Shown here: positions 1-13,519 of the stretch, in pieces | How positions within the stretch are numbered: the first letter of the stretch is position 1 | How the letters are laid out: each line of letters begins with the position of its first letter | Assembly: GCF_018977255.1 (NCBI RefSeq) | Contig: NW_024704744.1 | Span: 84,258,001 to 84,322,000 of the forward strand | Direction of reading: 5' to 3' | From: Callorhinchus milii | Lineage: Eukaryota | Length of the DNA: 64,000 nt | Notes under the pieces: generated by a model | Database searches by the model: none | The model's input: only the letters and a program-made list of their open reading frames with translations | What the model was told of the DNA's origin: nothing | Made by a program: the position numbers and the translations under genes

Positions 1-139
1 GGTGAAGGCATGTCATCTGGGTTATTAGAGACGAATTAGCCTTTTACAAAAGGGAACATTTAGTTTAAACCTCACGCCCGTTCATCTGAGTGCTGACATA
101 AAGCCACCCACTGAGTTTTGCCTGACTTTCTCTTCCATC

Positions 140-320
140 TATTTCACTTGAGCGCACTTTAATTAGTCGAATTAAAGCACAAGACCATTCATTTGTCCTT
201 CCATCACGCCATTGCTTGTCTGCAATAAAGAGGTCATCGTATTCATTACCATCACAGCCACTTTCATTAACTTGGCGTGGTTGATGATTGGCTGCCCAAG
301 CCCAATGGAGGGGGGGAGGA
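140..320 (+). promoter_or_regulatory. Putative PROP1 proximal promoter
   Basis: Inverted homeodomain-type repeat CTTTAATT-N5-AATTAAAG (157-177), an AGGTCA half-site (~231) and CCAAT boxes (ATTGG ~286, CCAAT 302) upstream of the ATG. Motif-level evidence only. Confidence 0.4.
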
Positions 321-445
321 CAACAAACATCGTGATGTGATGGTGCCACCAAGTAAAGTTGTCAAACTCCCACCAGACGCAAAAAGGACTCTCTCCTCTG
401 AGTTGGACTCCCAAGGTTGGCAGGATTTGGGTTCTCTTCCATAAA

Positions 446-557
446 ATGAAAATGGCTGAAGAAGTACAGCCAGCCAGCGGACAGGGAGGTAAAAGAAAAT
501 GTGATGAATATTTAGATCTTTATCCACATCATATCAATTCTGTCAGTTCAATGTCAG
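446..557 (+). CDS. PROP1: PROP1 coding exon 1 ([37 protein letters not shown])
   Basis: ATG at 446 (alternative ATG at 452); donor CAG|GTAGGT in phase 1, matching exon 2; the DLYP..SS motif resembles fish Prop1 N-termini. Confidence 0.75.
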
Positions 558-3500
558 GTAGGTTGTTCTGGTGGTTCAATCATACATTCGCACAGTAATG
601 CAAGGTCAGAGCTTTAAGCCCATTCAGTCATTTACAGCAACATGTTCACATGGTAATACAAAGTCATGATTAGATGTCTATGCAATAATTCACAGATAAC
701 ACGCAACATAGTAATAGTTACTTATGGTCATGCACTCAGGACCCAGTGCTCCTGAAGTGAATGTAATTTTATTGTTTGTTTGTTTGTTGTAAAATAGTTA
801 CACAGTTACATAGTAGCACAATAACACATTTGGTAATACTGTCTACACTAATACATTCAAAGAGCACTACAGCTATGATCATACATCCAATTGGCAGTAA
901 TACAACAACAAGTTGTATTTGTACAATGTCCTCCATGTGGGATAGTGTCTCAGAGGGCTTAATACATGTAAAATCAGAAATCCATTTGTTAATTTGTAAT
1001 ATAATGTTACAGCTATACATTCATATAGCAAAGTATTCATATAGAACTGGATTCAGCCTATATATTCACTAATTTATATTAATTATGTTCACTGTACAGT
1101 CACTAATTTACTGCATTGCATACACGTACAATGATATTCATTTTTACATCCTGTTCTGTTTCATTTGTTTCCATACTTTTTTGATTGTATCATTAATTTT
1201 GGCTTTATCTGTCTTAGTGGATGTCAAGCGACACTCTGCTGTTCAAAAAAAATGTGGAGGTTTTTTNCCCCTGTTTTTTCTGGTTTATAGTCCGTACCTT
1301 ATCTAAATTTTACGACCAAATTCAAATTAATTTGCTACTTATCTCATTGTTTGTTGCGCATTATTGATACAAATTAGCTGCCACATTAGCCTATATCACA
1401 ATCGCTTAATTTCATCATTGTAAAGCACCTTGAGATTTTTTAGTGAAAGGCACTACATAAATGCAAGTTATCGTATATGTATAATCTGTTGTGTGAAGAT
1501 GAAATCAGATTTAATTGGATTCAAAACAAACTCCATCTGAATGCTGATTTACCAGAGGTGAATGGAGTCTGCATGAAAGACCAGTCTGAAAAATTCCAAC
1601 TCGTTTTATATTTAAGATTGTGCAGATTGTGGCAAATTCTTATATTACACTTTGGATTTGGTTCTCTGCAGTTCTCTAAATGTTTATAGCTTGGCTTCCA
1701 TGTTAAGGCTGAATGAAAGAATTTTCCACAATTCTGTGTAATCTTAAATTTTAAGACAAGATGGTCTCAGAGGCTAAGCTTGAGTGTTTCTTCAAGCCTC
1801 GAAGGAAGCAATTAATAAGGTTGATCAATGATTTTATTTCATCAGAGTGTTTCTAAATTTTATAATAAATAATCTATCTTGGATACAGTTAATAATTCTG
1901 CCGATACCACTTTTTATGTATTATTCTATGCTTATTAAATACTTAATATTTTATGTTGATCTAAGACGTAGACTTTAATGAACTAAATTAGAACCATAAA
2001 ATAATTAATTCAATAAATCAAGGCCGGTGAAGAAGTATCTGGCTATTGGAATAGTGCATTGAGAAAGCAAAAAACACCTCCGAGGATAAGTTTCTCATTC
2101 AATGGTTACTCAATGAAGTGCCAAGAAGCACTTTTCCTCATGAGTGTGATTTTTGAGATCCTGTTGTCTGAGCGTTTACATGTTTTTTTTTGTCTTAAAT
2201 ACTGTGAAGTCCAGTGTTGATGGTTTGCTGCCAATTCAAGGAGAAAAGGTTTAATATCGGCTCCAAACAGGAGAATTCGCTTTCTCTCCCCTCCCACTCT
2301 ATTCTTAAGTCAACGGCGGAGACAATAACTGCTTGGGGGTTCATCCAGATGGTTACATTGAAATCCATTAGAACTATTGTGAAATGTAATTTACTTTATG
2401 GATTAACGGCATAAATATCTGATACCTGTTAAGCTAATTTAAAACAAGAATTTACTTGAAAAAAATGGCTGATTAGGATTAACTCACAAATGTTGTTAGA
2501 CATTTTGAAACCAATATTTTAAACAAAATGTAAGCTTTATTTTCACATGCTAACCGCAATGTATTACATTTGTCATTATCTCTCAAGATTATCTCCCTAT
2601 TGAAGATAATCGAGATTTACATTAAGAAAAATGTAATGCCCTTAAATCTTCTCCAATAAATTGAACAACATTTGTGAAGTGCTGACTCAAATACTGATTT
2701 TGGCTGACTTTTACTGTAGAGTTGATTTAGCCCATTTTGTGTTCTTTGGGCATTATTAGGGATTTATGGATTTGGACAAGTCAGATATTCAGGCGTTTTA
2801 AGCTTCAAGCGTGTTCACCAAATTACTTAAAAACAGCTTGCATTTATATAACGCTCTTCGTACTGGGTACTTTCTTACCGTGCTGAATCATCAGCCACCG
2901 ACCGCCGTGGAAGAAACCTGTGTCTGGATATTGTGGGTGAGAACAGTCGAATAATCTTCTGGCATTCCATTTTGAGACTCATACATGAAGCATGATCACT
3001 CGAGTGAAGTGAGGTCCAGGACAGCAGAAAGTAGTGTCTTGAGGAGAAAATTGAAAGGATGAAATCGCCCTTCTCTAAACCTTCCTCTAAATGGCCCCCA
3101 GGATTCAACAATAACAAGTGGCTCTGTGGAAGTATCTAAGGCCAACAAGACCTCAGGTTTCATCATTGTGCTGAATAATCTGATCATAACTCAGGTGCCA
3201 GTTTGAGTGCCTATATTTAACTAAATTGGTGAATAGTTTAAATCCTTCTACTACCAGTGACTTAAATAATGTGTGAAACTGGCTTCAAAGTTACTGAATT
3301 TGATTTTTGTTCCAAAATTATGCATTATTCTAAATTTTAAGATAACTATCTTAAAACTAAGATCATGAGAAATGCTGGCCTCGGACGGCTGAAGGTGCTG
3401 TACAATATAGTTGGCACCCTTGTCAAGATTTATGTCAACACTGTACAGTAACCAACTATAAAGGAACCCTGTTATAATAAGGTTACATACACTGACAATA

Positions 3501-6500
3501 ACAACAACAAGATTCCATTTATAGAGCGCCTTTCAAGTCGGGAGGACGTCCCAAGGTGCTGGACAGTTGGGTCAGGACTGACATTTACAGGGTAATTAAT
3601 TATTAATTTTGGACTACCAGCTAGCTTCCAATGCTATAAAATGTCTAACTTCCAGGTCATCCGGGTTTGATCTGACAACCTCGAAGTTGGCCATTTGTTT
3701 TGCACAACAGCTTTCTGGCTCTTCTGTGGAAACAGCGACAGCATTGAACAACTTTAGGAATATGATTCATGTAACATTGTCATTCTGTACACGTGTATTG
3801 TTTATAACGAAGAAATCCTAATACAAAGAATTATCAACAACTTTGCAGCTTTTTTTATATAAAGGCATCAGCAATGTACTTAGCTACAAATGTCTTTTCA
3901 AAGTCACTAGTTTCTAACAAATTGACTTGGTGCTGCCTATGACCTTACTGCACTCAACGTAAAGACTGGTGTCTGGTGTGCACCTAGGTCAGAGGACTCA
4001 TTAATGAGTCTGCACAAAGCTTGAGGTACACTATTACATTCTCCTTCTAAAGGCAGTCACTTAGTCACTCTCAATTGACTGCCTCGCTAATCAGTAGCAC
4101 CAGTTAAGCTCATTGCCCTTTCCAGACAAATCAGACTCTTTTGTGTTTTTTAGCTTACATAGACTAGCCTTGGCTTTCTTGCACTTTCTCACGATATTAA
4201 ATTATATGAACTAAAACCAAGCGCTTATCAAATTCCAAATTCCCAGTGAAGTTGGTATAGTGGGTATAGGAGAATTTAATCCCTGGATCCAGTGAGTGAA
4301 TGAGTGTTTCCACTGGCATCTTCACGTCTGGGTGGGCAATCAGGACCTGGCCCAACGCCGTTCTGCCTCCTGTGGCCAGGGCTTGACCTATTGTAAAATG
4401 TGAAGCTTATACCTCTTTATACCAATGACAAAAGAAAGTGAACACTAGAAATAAATCTCTGTCCATTAGCCTTTCTTTGCAATCACAATTTCGTTGCAGC
4501 ACTAAACCCCTAATTTTTTTTAAAAGATTGAAGCAGGTGACAATATAAGTCCATTTATAAATGTCCTGAAATGCCTTGCTTTAATTAATTCTGTTTTGCT
4601 TCCAACCTGGGATTTCAAAGTGTTCTTTTTAAACTCAAAAAAGAAATTGGATCACTTTTGGACTTATTGGGCTCTAACAGAGACCATTTGTTATCAGGAG
4701 CCATTGTTGTCTGTGACTGCAGGGATTGAAGCCTGCAGGTATCAGATGTGTCAGATGCTGACTTGCTGTAAATACACTTTCAGTTTCAACATCCATGAAG
4801 CTGGATTGTGGCCAAAGGAAATGAGGATCCTGCAGCTAAGCAGAACATGGGACCAGACAATTGAAAGCAGATTGGCCTCTGACATAAAAAAGATGTAATA
4901 AAGAAAGGTGACAACATGCTTTTTAAAAGAGAATTGGATATGTATTTGAAGAGGCAAAATCTCAAAGTGTACGGGAAACCAGCAAGGAATTGGGATTGGA
5001 GTAGATAGTTTCAATGGGGAGCTATGCAACATCCAATTAATATCCATGTAAAATGCAGCTGATGCTATACATCTTTTTAGACTTTACATGGCCCACTCAA
5101 ATTAAAGCCACTCTCTGGAACTCTATTCTGGTCTCAAGATTTATCTCTTTCACTATGCTTTTGGTCATCTTTCCCCTCCCCACCCTCTTCAGCTCCCGCC
5201 TTCAACCAAGAACAGTGTGAGGCTCCTTGAGGCCTCCTTCCAAAGTGAAATTGATATGTCAATTGTATTGCAATATATAGAGCAGAGCTGATGCTGACTG
5301 TTTGCTAACATTAAAAATTAACCAGCAGTTAAGCTACAAGTTCTCGGGAGCCGAACTCGATGTCCTTCAACCTTGGCTCGGTTTGAGTACAATGCTGAGC
5401 AGGGAGTATAGTTCCAGATTTCTGGCTCGCATCCTGTTCAGGCACCTTAGATGTTACTGCAGCTGCAGTATAAAGGAATCTTGCCTGAAATTTCTCATGT
5501 CGTTAGAATTGAAGACCGTTGTTCTGAAATTTAAGGTTGCGCATAATTTTGGATACATTTTAACTTCAGTCTTATATTAATTTGGAACCTCTAAAGAAGC
5601 ACAGCCTTTCAAATTTAAACTGTATTTAAGAATTTTCCAAACTTCTGCATGATCATAAATTTCCAGACGTTGATCATAAGGCTAAGTCCCTATGGATTTG
5701 GGGTCTCAATATACAATACCAATGTAGATTGATATATCACCTTTCATGTTGGGAGTACGCCCCAGTGCATTGTAATTTTGATGAGAATGCATTTTGGTCT
5801 GTTTCTTATAGATTCTTTTGTAATGTACTAAATACAACGAATCTGATGCTTCATTTCAGTTAATGAGGGTGTCTACAAGAAATTTTCTGGAGGCTCAGGC
5901 AATGCCCATGGACAATCTCACTACCCAACCCCTGCACGCAGACGTCACCGGACTACCTTCAGCCAAGAGCAGCTGGAACACCTGGAAGCCACTTTCAGCA
6001 AAAACCATTATCCAGACATCTATTGCAGGGAGGAGCTGGCCAAGATCATCAAACTTAATGAGGCACGCATCCAGGTCAGCAGATATAATAGGGGCACTCC
6101 ACTTGCCTACATATAGAATGGGGGGTTATGCAAACTCCAATAGGTGTAAAGATGATAATAATCCTTACATTTGATATAGCGCCTAATCACGTCGTTGATA
6201 CATCAAGGCACTTCACAGAATATACTGTAAAGTGGAGTGACTGTATTTTGTGGGCGAAACGCGGCAGCCAATTGGGCACAGCAGTGTCCCACAGTCACGG
6301 ATTGAGTGATCACATTTGTTTTTTGAGGGATTATTATCCCCAGAAAGTGATCCGCCAATCAACTAATAACCGGATTCCTACTTACTGCTAGGTTAAACAG
6401 GTGTGTGGAGTAAGGAAACTTGCCTAAGGTTTCACCCCGCTTGGGAAAGATAACAGTCCTGTATTATTTTTCAGTACAGATCTTTCCATCACAGATAAGA

Positions 6501-7157
6501 TACAGCTCTTTAGCATTGAAAAGAAACATCTCAGAGGCAACCTTGTGGAAGTATCTAAAATGCTAAACGGGATTAAGAAAGTGATACTGAATGACACTGT
6601 CAGATGTCAAAATAGCAGTAAAGAACACAAGAACAAGAGCTAACTGTATCAGGGCTATAACAGCAGCAAGTGACAGTGAGTTATTAACTACTGCACCAGG
6701 CAATGTCTGGCTTCTTGACCTGGTTATGTGCCTTTGGCTAATTCAATATCTGTATTTTCAGGTATGGTTTCAAAACAGACGAGCAAAGCATCGAAAACAA
6801 GAACGAGCCATTCAGAAATCAATCCCGCCCACTGTGATCTCAGCCTGCAGCAGCCTAATACCTAGTGTTTGTCCTGTTTCTACCTCCGCCCGCTCATACC
6901 AGTACCCGCATGCCATTAATCATATACCACGCTTCTCATCCATGGGAACAGGTGGCTACTCTTCTCCATCAGCTGTCGGCCAGTTTACCTGCACCAGCAC
7001 ACACGCACACTTAGCCTCTGCCCCACCTCCACCTCGGCAGCATGATGATTGGTACAGTACCCTGAGATCAATCAATTCCCCCCCTGCGGGCCTACCCTCA
7101 TCAATACTTTCCCTGGGCCCCATGCCAGGGCTGGATCCACCAGTTCACTGGAATTAA
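446..7157 (+). CDS. PROP1: PROP paired-like homeobox 1; whole gene, join(446..557,5860..6074,6762..7157), 240 aa
   Basis: The spliced ORF of 723 nt has consistent phases (1, 0). It encodes a Q50 paired-like homeodomain [46 protein letters not shown]|[15 protein letters not shown]. The C-terminal DDWYSTL motif and terminal WN match Prop1 sequences as I recall them. Confidence 0.9.
5860..6074 (+). CDS. PROP1: PROP1 exon 2 (homeodomain helices 1-2 and start of helix 3)
   Basis: Acceptor TTTCAG|; encodes ...[19 protein letters not shown]...EARIQ; donor CAG|GTCAGC. The ORF track shows another frame here. Confidence 0.95.
6153..6447 (-). mobile_element. CmiSINE-like SINE, long variant, head truncated (PROP1 intron 2)
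   Basis: Homologous to the other copies; (ATT)n tail at the left end. Confidence 0.85.
6762..7157 (+). CDS. PROP1: PROP1 exon 3 (VWFQNRRAK... to stop)
   Basis: Acceptor TTTTCAG|GTATGG; the intron sits at the typical paired-like IQ|VWF position; TAA at 7155-7157. Confidence 0.95.
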   Translation, partial: VWFQNRRAKHRKQERAIQKSIPPTVISACSSLIPSVCPVSTSARSYQYPHAINHIPRFSSMGTGGYSSPSAVGQFTCTSTHAHLASAPPPPRQHDDWYSTLRSINSPPAGLPSSILSLGPMPGLDPPVHWN

Positions 7158-9290
7158 CCAATCTTTGTTAACCTCCCAGAAAGAAATCAAGACTTGTTAT
7201 GTAATGTTGCCTCCCAAACTCACTGACGTGCATGGCTCTAGAAAATTGCATTTAAACCAAATAGTGCAAATGAATTCTTGCTTTTCATTTCAATCATCGA
7301 TAAACACATGTGCGATATGTGCAGTTCATACACTTGGGGGGGGGGAAGACACTGTATGATTCTGTTTTTTTAAAAACAAAATTACTTGTTCATTACTGCT
7401 CAATTAAAAATAATGTGCTTCAAGGAACTGTATTTTGGTTCTCTTCCACATTAGATATGATTTAAGCTATTTGGCAATGTTACATGGGATCCACTGCCAA
7501 TAGGAGGTAATTAATTGCATGTTAAAAATGTAGATCATTTGAGAAGTTCTGAAAGATTTTTCAAAGAAAAATTCATGGTGACCAAGAAGTCTTTATACCA
7601 TTACAATATCTAATCAGTCTTAAAGAAATTATATATTTTTTTAGATAATCACCCCGTAGTTATGTTTTTGATCATAACTACACTTTTTCCCTTACTACTT
7701 TACTTGCCAGAGACAACTTTGCTTTTAAAAAATGCTGCTACATACAAAATAAATTTCAAAATAATTTTATTTCATTCTCTTCTCCCCACTTAATAAGTAG
7801 TGACTGCACACCCGGTACAATCTTCAATAAGCTTCTAAACTGTGTTAACTATTCTGTGGAGAGGGTAAACTACACTTACACACACCCAGAAGTAGAATGA
7901 ATAATTTTGCAAGGTTGTTTTACAATTAGAATGATTACTTGCTGCTTCTACCCAATCTACTTCCTACTAAACAATAATTGATTAATTATTAATTTTAATA
8001 ATAATTAATTTTTTTCCACCCTGAAGAAAAGGTTATGTGACCTGTTTCAATGCAAATTTATTTGAAACACATTCAAATGATCAAGACCCTTCTCAAAGAG
8101 TCAAGCTATGTTTAGGTTTCATTCACCATTAAATTGTGGATTGTGAAAATAACTTATTAATGGAGAGAAATCCAGAAACAAGAATTCTTCATCTAAACAT
8201 TAAAATTGCTTTTGTCAGTAATAGTCAGTGCCCCCACGGGCTTGTTTTATTACCAGTTTAGCCTGCACTTGAAGTATGAAGTGTCTTTACTCCCTGTTCA
8301 GTCAACCATATTATTGGAATGAAAATCACAGGCTACATCTCAAATTTACAATCACCATTTGATATTATTTTCCACCTTATTTGTGTGTTATATTCTTTTC
8401 TGCAAACCCATAATGGCAGGAGAGTAATTTGTTGCTTGGCCTCCACAGGTGACTTGTTAACCAAACTTGTAGAAGTTGTATGAAGCTTATCTGCAACTAC
8501 TTGAGTTGGTCTTTCTGCCATTAGTTGCAGCACTTCACCTCCACCCAGATAAGAGAGGAAAAATAGCTCTACATTTTCATTACTATACCAATGCACATTG
8601 TTAAAGACTCATAGCAATAAGTATGAAGTAATTAGCATCAGAATTATGTAGGGCTGTTTGCTCACGAGTTTGCACTTCTGAATTTAACGATAATAATCCT
8701 TGCATTTAACAAGTCTTAATGCTGCAGTTTTAAGGTTTATTTTACATTTGCTACTTCATACAACTGGTTATGTAGATGTATATGTACAGTCACACAGAAA
8801 AATAAATAGAACATTTTTTGATTACCTGGCTTCAAATTGCTGTGTGTTGAAACCAGATACCAAAGATACACTCATTTTTAAAATTACAAAACAGGCATTT
8901 TCTATTCAGTTTTACCATGATGATTCAAAGTGATATGTGGACATTGCAAAGTTTTAGTACTGCTTTATTTACTGTATAAATGTTTCATTGACTGCAAAAT
9001 TTCACAAAATATGTAAATATTAAATGGACAGCAACTTTAATACTATCCTGCTACAAGTTAAGAATTGCACAAAAATATTCATGTTTCAAAGTACCCACTG
9101 AAAAGTCTTGAGTTTACAATTCTGTACAGAAAAGAATTAAAACCTTACGGTTGATATATAGGGTAATAAACAATGATTGGCTCATTTGCTTTAGGAAAAT
9201 AAAGTTGACCGAACCTTGAGTACTAAAAAATATAATTGCTTCCACTCAATGACCATCAGAAAAAGGGAATATAACCACTGTTACACTGTT

Positions 9291-9419
9291 TTATTCTAAT
9301 GATTTTGCAAACTCAGCATAGTCAATATATCCATCGTTATTTTTGTCGTCATCTCTTAACACATCATCGATTAAATCCACAATATCTTTCTCACTCAATG
9401 GGTTTCCATGGCCTCCTTC
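9291..9419 (-). CDS. MCFD2: MCFD2 last coding exon (EF-hand 2)
   Basis: CTGCAG| then [42 protein letters not shown]. Absent from the ORF track. Confidence 0.96.
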   Translation of the reverse strand, partial: EGGHGNPLSEKDIVDLIDDVLRDDDKNNDGYIDYAEFAKSLE

Positions 9420-11777
9420 CTGCAGAAACACACACAATAGGTCACAGAATTAGAAACCAAGGGAGCATAAGTATGTAACCAGAAATGGCAAAATTTACCC
9501 TATGAATAACACATTTTCCAGGGTGGACAATTAACATTAAAAAATATTAAACTTCATTGTAGTTGTATCAATTAGCAGGTTTATCATTATAGTAGAATAT
9601 TACTTTGACTGACACAAGGGTGGAGGGGGCACAGGCACTCAATTAAACAAGTTGTAGCTAAGTGCTGAATCACCTTAACACTCTCCTAGTTTAGACAAGT
9701 CAGAATATTCATTAGCAGAAAAGTATGACTTGTACTTTTCAGAATTGAATGGCTCATTGGCTAGCAGAACCTCATACACATGTACATTTGCTGAATTGCT
9801 ACACATTTTAGAACAGTCAAAAATGCCAAAAATACTAAATTAAAATACTACTAAAGATGGGCAATAGAGAGGAAGACTTATCTGGGAATGAAGATTGTAA
9901 GAGGCCACCATTAGTAACTGGTGTAACTGTACTTTGTCTCTGTCATACTGCCCTCACTTCACGTCTCTGTTCGATCTATGCCTCTCCTGTCTCTCTGTAG
10001 GTTTGTTCTGTCCGTGCCCCTCACTCTGTTTTTCTGGCTATCACTGACTCTCTCTCTTCGGTCTAACAAATTGTCTCACACTCACTTGCTCTTTTCCCAT
10101 CTTTTTTCCCCTCTCACTCTTCTGTTCCATATTTAGTTGCTCACACTCTGCATACGGTATCTGTTTATTCTCTAAATCGTCTAGATGTGGCCTCTACCAA
10201 AATTATTATATCTCAGTATAGGATGGACAGCATATTTGCAGGTGAGCATTATTATTAGATGGATAACATCTAAATTGCAGGAACTAGTAATACACTGCAA
10301 CAATCAGTAATGCTAAGAACTGATTAACAATCAATCATACTGACTTACAGCAATGACAGTGGCTGATACCAGCTCACCTCTCAAAGTGATGATTCAGTTC
10401 ATTCAAGCTGCTTCACCCCAGTTGCATTTTGAACCCTCTAACACACCAAGGTTTCCGCACACACACACATCCATGGATATCATCACCCTTCACCTGCACA
10501 ATTTGTCAGAAAACAAACCAAAGATGACAGATGGTAAAGCAGTAACAAAGCATTTACCTCTTTGTATACGTGTGCAATGGCTGATATCAACTCCAGTCCA
10601 TCAAGAAGGTTATTCCCATCGTAATCATGCATTTTGAAGTAATGAAGTTGAAGTTCCTGTGGCGTCATCTCCGATTCAGTTTTATCTATCACACCATCTA
10701 AATGCTCCATTATATGGCTGTAAGGTAAAACATTTTGATTACAACCGAATTCCCACATTCAATAATTGGACATGTTAATGTAATTAGCCAATCATCAACT
10801 TAGTAAATAAGTGCCTGCACTGAAACAGCGGTAATAATCCTTCCCTAGAATGCCAATCATTCTCTAAACTGCATCAGCCAAACATACAGCAATACGGCCT
10901 GTGTGGAGCTGGAGATTGCTGAATTAGCACGTGAGCCCAGGAACCAATGACACAATAATGGCTTGAAGATTGGAAACTCTAAACTCTAAATATTGCAGAT
11001 GGTGATTTCAGTTTCTGTTTTCAGATTTATAAGTGTTGTCTTATCCCCTTTCCACAAATTAATAGGAACAAGTGGAGGTCAATCAGCAGATTGATCCTGT
11101 TCCACTAATTAAATAGATGTTGGCAGATCTTTTAATTCCACTACTCTGCCTTTTCACCATACCCCTGATCTCTTGATTCATGAGTCGCAGGCATTCCAAC
11201 TGTACAGAAATTGCACATCACAAGGAAGTGATAATATAATATCATAGCAATATCAAAGTCCCAATGCTCTACGTTATGGAATGTTAGGTCACAAGAAAAT
11301 ATCCATAATATTCCACATCCTGAGCTAAACAGTAAAATCTCCCACAACAGGTTTCAACAAGGATAAAATGTGGTTCTCAGAGTCTGAAGGAGACAATACT
11401 TTAAACTGTAGTATTACCCTCACAAAAATTGAAAGCACTTGTACTAATTAGCTGATGTGAAAGAAACTTGAAACAAGATCAAATCACAATGTGAAAATGA
11501 AAAATACCTGGTGTTCAAATATTAACAAATGGATTTTATTATTCCTTATCAGCAAAGAGATGCTTTGCTTATTCTCTCTACAGAACAGAGTTGCTTACTC
11601 TTTGTCTTGAACAATATTCCTATCAAGACGAATGTTGGGTCGATGGCCCTCAGTGATTTGAGCGTCAACAGGTAGGTGATCTTGAGCGATGACTGAAAAC
11701 TGCTGCTGCCTGCCCCATAACACAAGAAACAAGGAACCTAAGATGCAGCTCTTCACAATGCTACTCCAGTGTGGCAT
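9291..11777 (-). CDS. MCFD2: Multiple coagulation factor deficiency 2 (LMAN1 co-receptor, EF-hand protein); complement(join(9291..9419,10558..10717,11599..11777)), 155 aa
   Basis: N-terminal signal-peptide-like segment, [42 protein letters not shown] (EF-hand 1) and [20 protein letters not shown] (EF-hand 2). All introns are GT-AG with consistent phases (2, 0). Confidence 0.97.
10558..10717 (-). CDS. MCFD2: MCFD2 coding exon 2 (EF-hand 1)
   Basis: TTACAG| ... |GTAAAT; encodes HIMEHLDG...AHVYKE. Confidence 0.96.
11599..11777 (-). CDS. MCFD2: MCFD2 first coding exon (exon starts at 11787)
   Basis: Acceptor CTGCAG| at 11788; ATG at 11777; encodes MPHWSSIV...[10 protein letters not shown]; donor GA|GTAAGC. 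Confidence 0.9.
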
Positions 11778-12889
11778 GATCCAGACCCTGCAGAATAATG
11801 CATCAGACGTTTATACCAAAAATGTAATTACTGTCAAACTCTGAGACTTTTCACAAGACTTCAAATTAATTTCATATTTACTATATTCAAGTTCGGTGAC
11901 TTTTATTTCTCAATAATTCTCCAATATTTCTCAACAGACAGTAGGAACAATCAAACACTTTGGTGGATAAAGAAATCTGAATAGCAGAAGACAAATGTTT
12001 TTGCAAAAGATATAGGCAGCTTAAGGATGGACATGCTATCAAATTAATCAGCACATAATCAGTTACATATTGGCACAATACACATTGTACAAATGTAGAC
12101 TGTTCTGTACTAAGGCAAACTGCAACAATTATATAACATGTCATTCATTCCAAAACAAGCCTTAAACTAAAAAATCTGTTAGAAGAGCAAATGTTGAAAT
12201 AGATTATCTGCAGTAACAGAGGCCTTTGATGTAAAACTGGGTCAAACGTATTCATGTCAAACAATAGTCAGGTTTGTATGGTTTAATCTTTTAATCAGTG
12301 ATTTATTCAGTGCATATAGCAATAGTACTGTAAGGAATCCCCCTGTCGGGCATCCTCTTTTATACCAATACCACAAACCCTTCATATCGAGGGGGGGGGT
12401 GGGGAAGAAGAGGTAAGTGGGGGACTCCTTGGACTGAGCTGAGCTGGCTCCGAAGTCAAGCGCCTGGCAATAGAATATCGTAATTGTCTATCCTCTCTCT
12501 GAATATCAATCAAGGCAGATATCCAGCCCTGGATATATGAGCATGTGGTCACAAATATAGACTCCGGGTATTATCTTTCAGCAGCTGTTGACCCAAGCCT
12601 CAGTGTCCTCATCAGCTATTGAACACAGTTTGTGCTATCCATCTTGATGATCCAGAGATCTAAATTCAGTGCTGGTACTAGGCTTACTAATACTGTTTAA
12701 TCCAGGTCCTCATGTGAGAAGCATTGACAAGTAGACATGCCTGCCACGGAGGCGACTCCACCTCCACGATACTCAGCAACAAGGCAATATAGGCTGAAGC
12801 TCTCCATCCCTACAACTGCTTCATCTTCAAGTCCAGCCATTATGCTCAGTGCTTTACTTTTCAAATAAGCCAAAGGAAACCTTTCCATT

Positions 12890-13146
12890 GTTGTATATTT
12901 TGTGGACGAAACACTGCAGCCAATTTCGAACAGCAGTATCCCACAAACGGTTGTGGATTGAATGACCAATTTATTATATTTTTTTGAAGGAATTATTACC
13001 CCCGGAAAAGCGATCCTACTTACTGCTAGGTAAACACAGGCGTGCGGTGTAAGGAAACTTGCCCAGCGTTTCACCCTGCCGGGAATCGAACTCAGGTCTC
13101 TCACTTGTGAGGCGAATGCTTTAATCACTGAGGTACAGGACATCAC
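12890..13146 (-). mobile_element. CmiSINE-like SINE lacking its tail (MCFD2 intron 1)
   Basis: tRNA head at the right end; shared body. Confidence 0.85.
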
Positions 13147-13394
13147 AATGTGATGTGACTCCATCACACCCAATGTCAGGGAGGGGGAGCTACCCTCTCA
13201 CCAATGCTACAAACCATCCCCATGAATCAGTATAACCTCCATCCAGCCCTGAGATTGTGTACTCAACCCCTCGCCGCTGGAGGATTAGATGGAGTTGGGG
13301 CCTACACCTCAGATTGGTTGGCCAGAGTGTCAGTCACCAACCTGAGGCAGCAGCTGGAGACAAAGCAGCAGAGGAACAGTCAGTGACTCCGCTG

Positions 13395-13425
13395 TGAGTG
13401 AGTGAGTGAGTGAGCGAGTGAGTCA
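13395..13425 (+). repeat. (GTGA)n microsatellite
   Basis: GTGAGTGAGTGAGTGAGTGAGCGAGTGAGT. Confidence 0.85.
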
Positions 13426-13519
13426 GTCCTCAGTGAGCGAGTGCTTTCATCACAGGCAACCGTGACTATGCCAACTCCCTGCCTGCTGCGCTTCACAACT
13501 TTTCACAACCCTCCACAAG

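Noticed and set aside
5863-6174. 103-aa ORF in the track
   Set aside because: Wrong frame; the real product is the PROP1 homeodomain in another frame.
13180-13210. Short matches to LF-SINE (CTACCCTCTCA; also TTGGCACCCTTGT at ~3411)
   Set aside because: Matches of 11-13 nt that I could not extend by eye.
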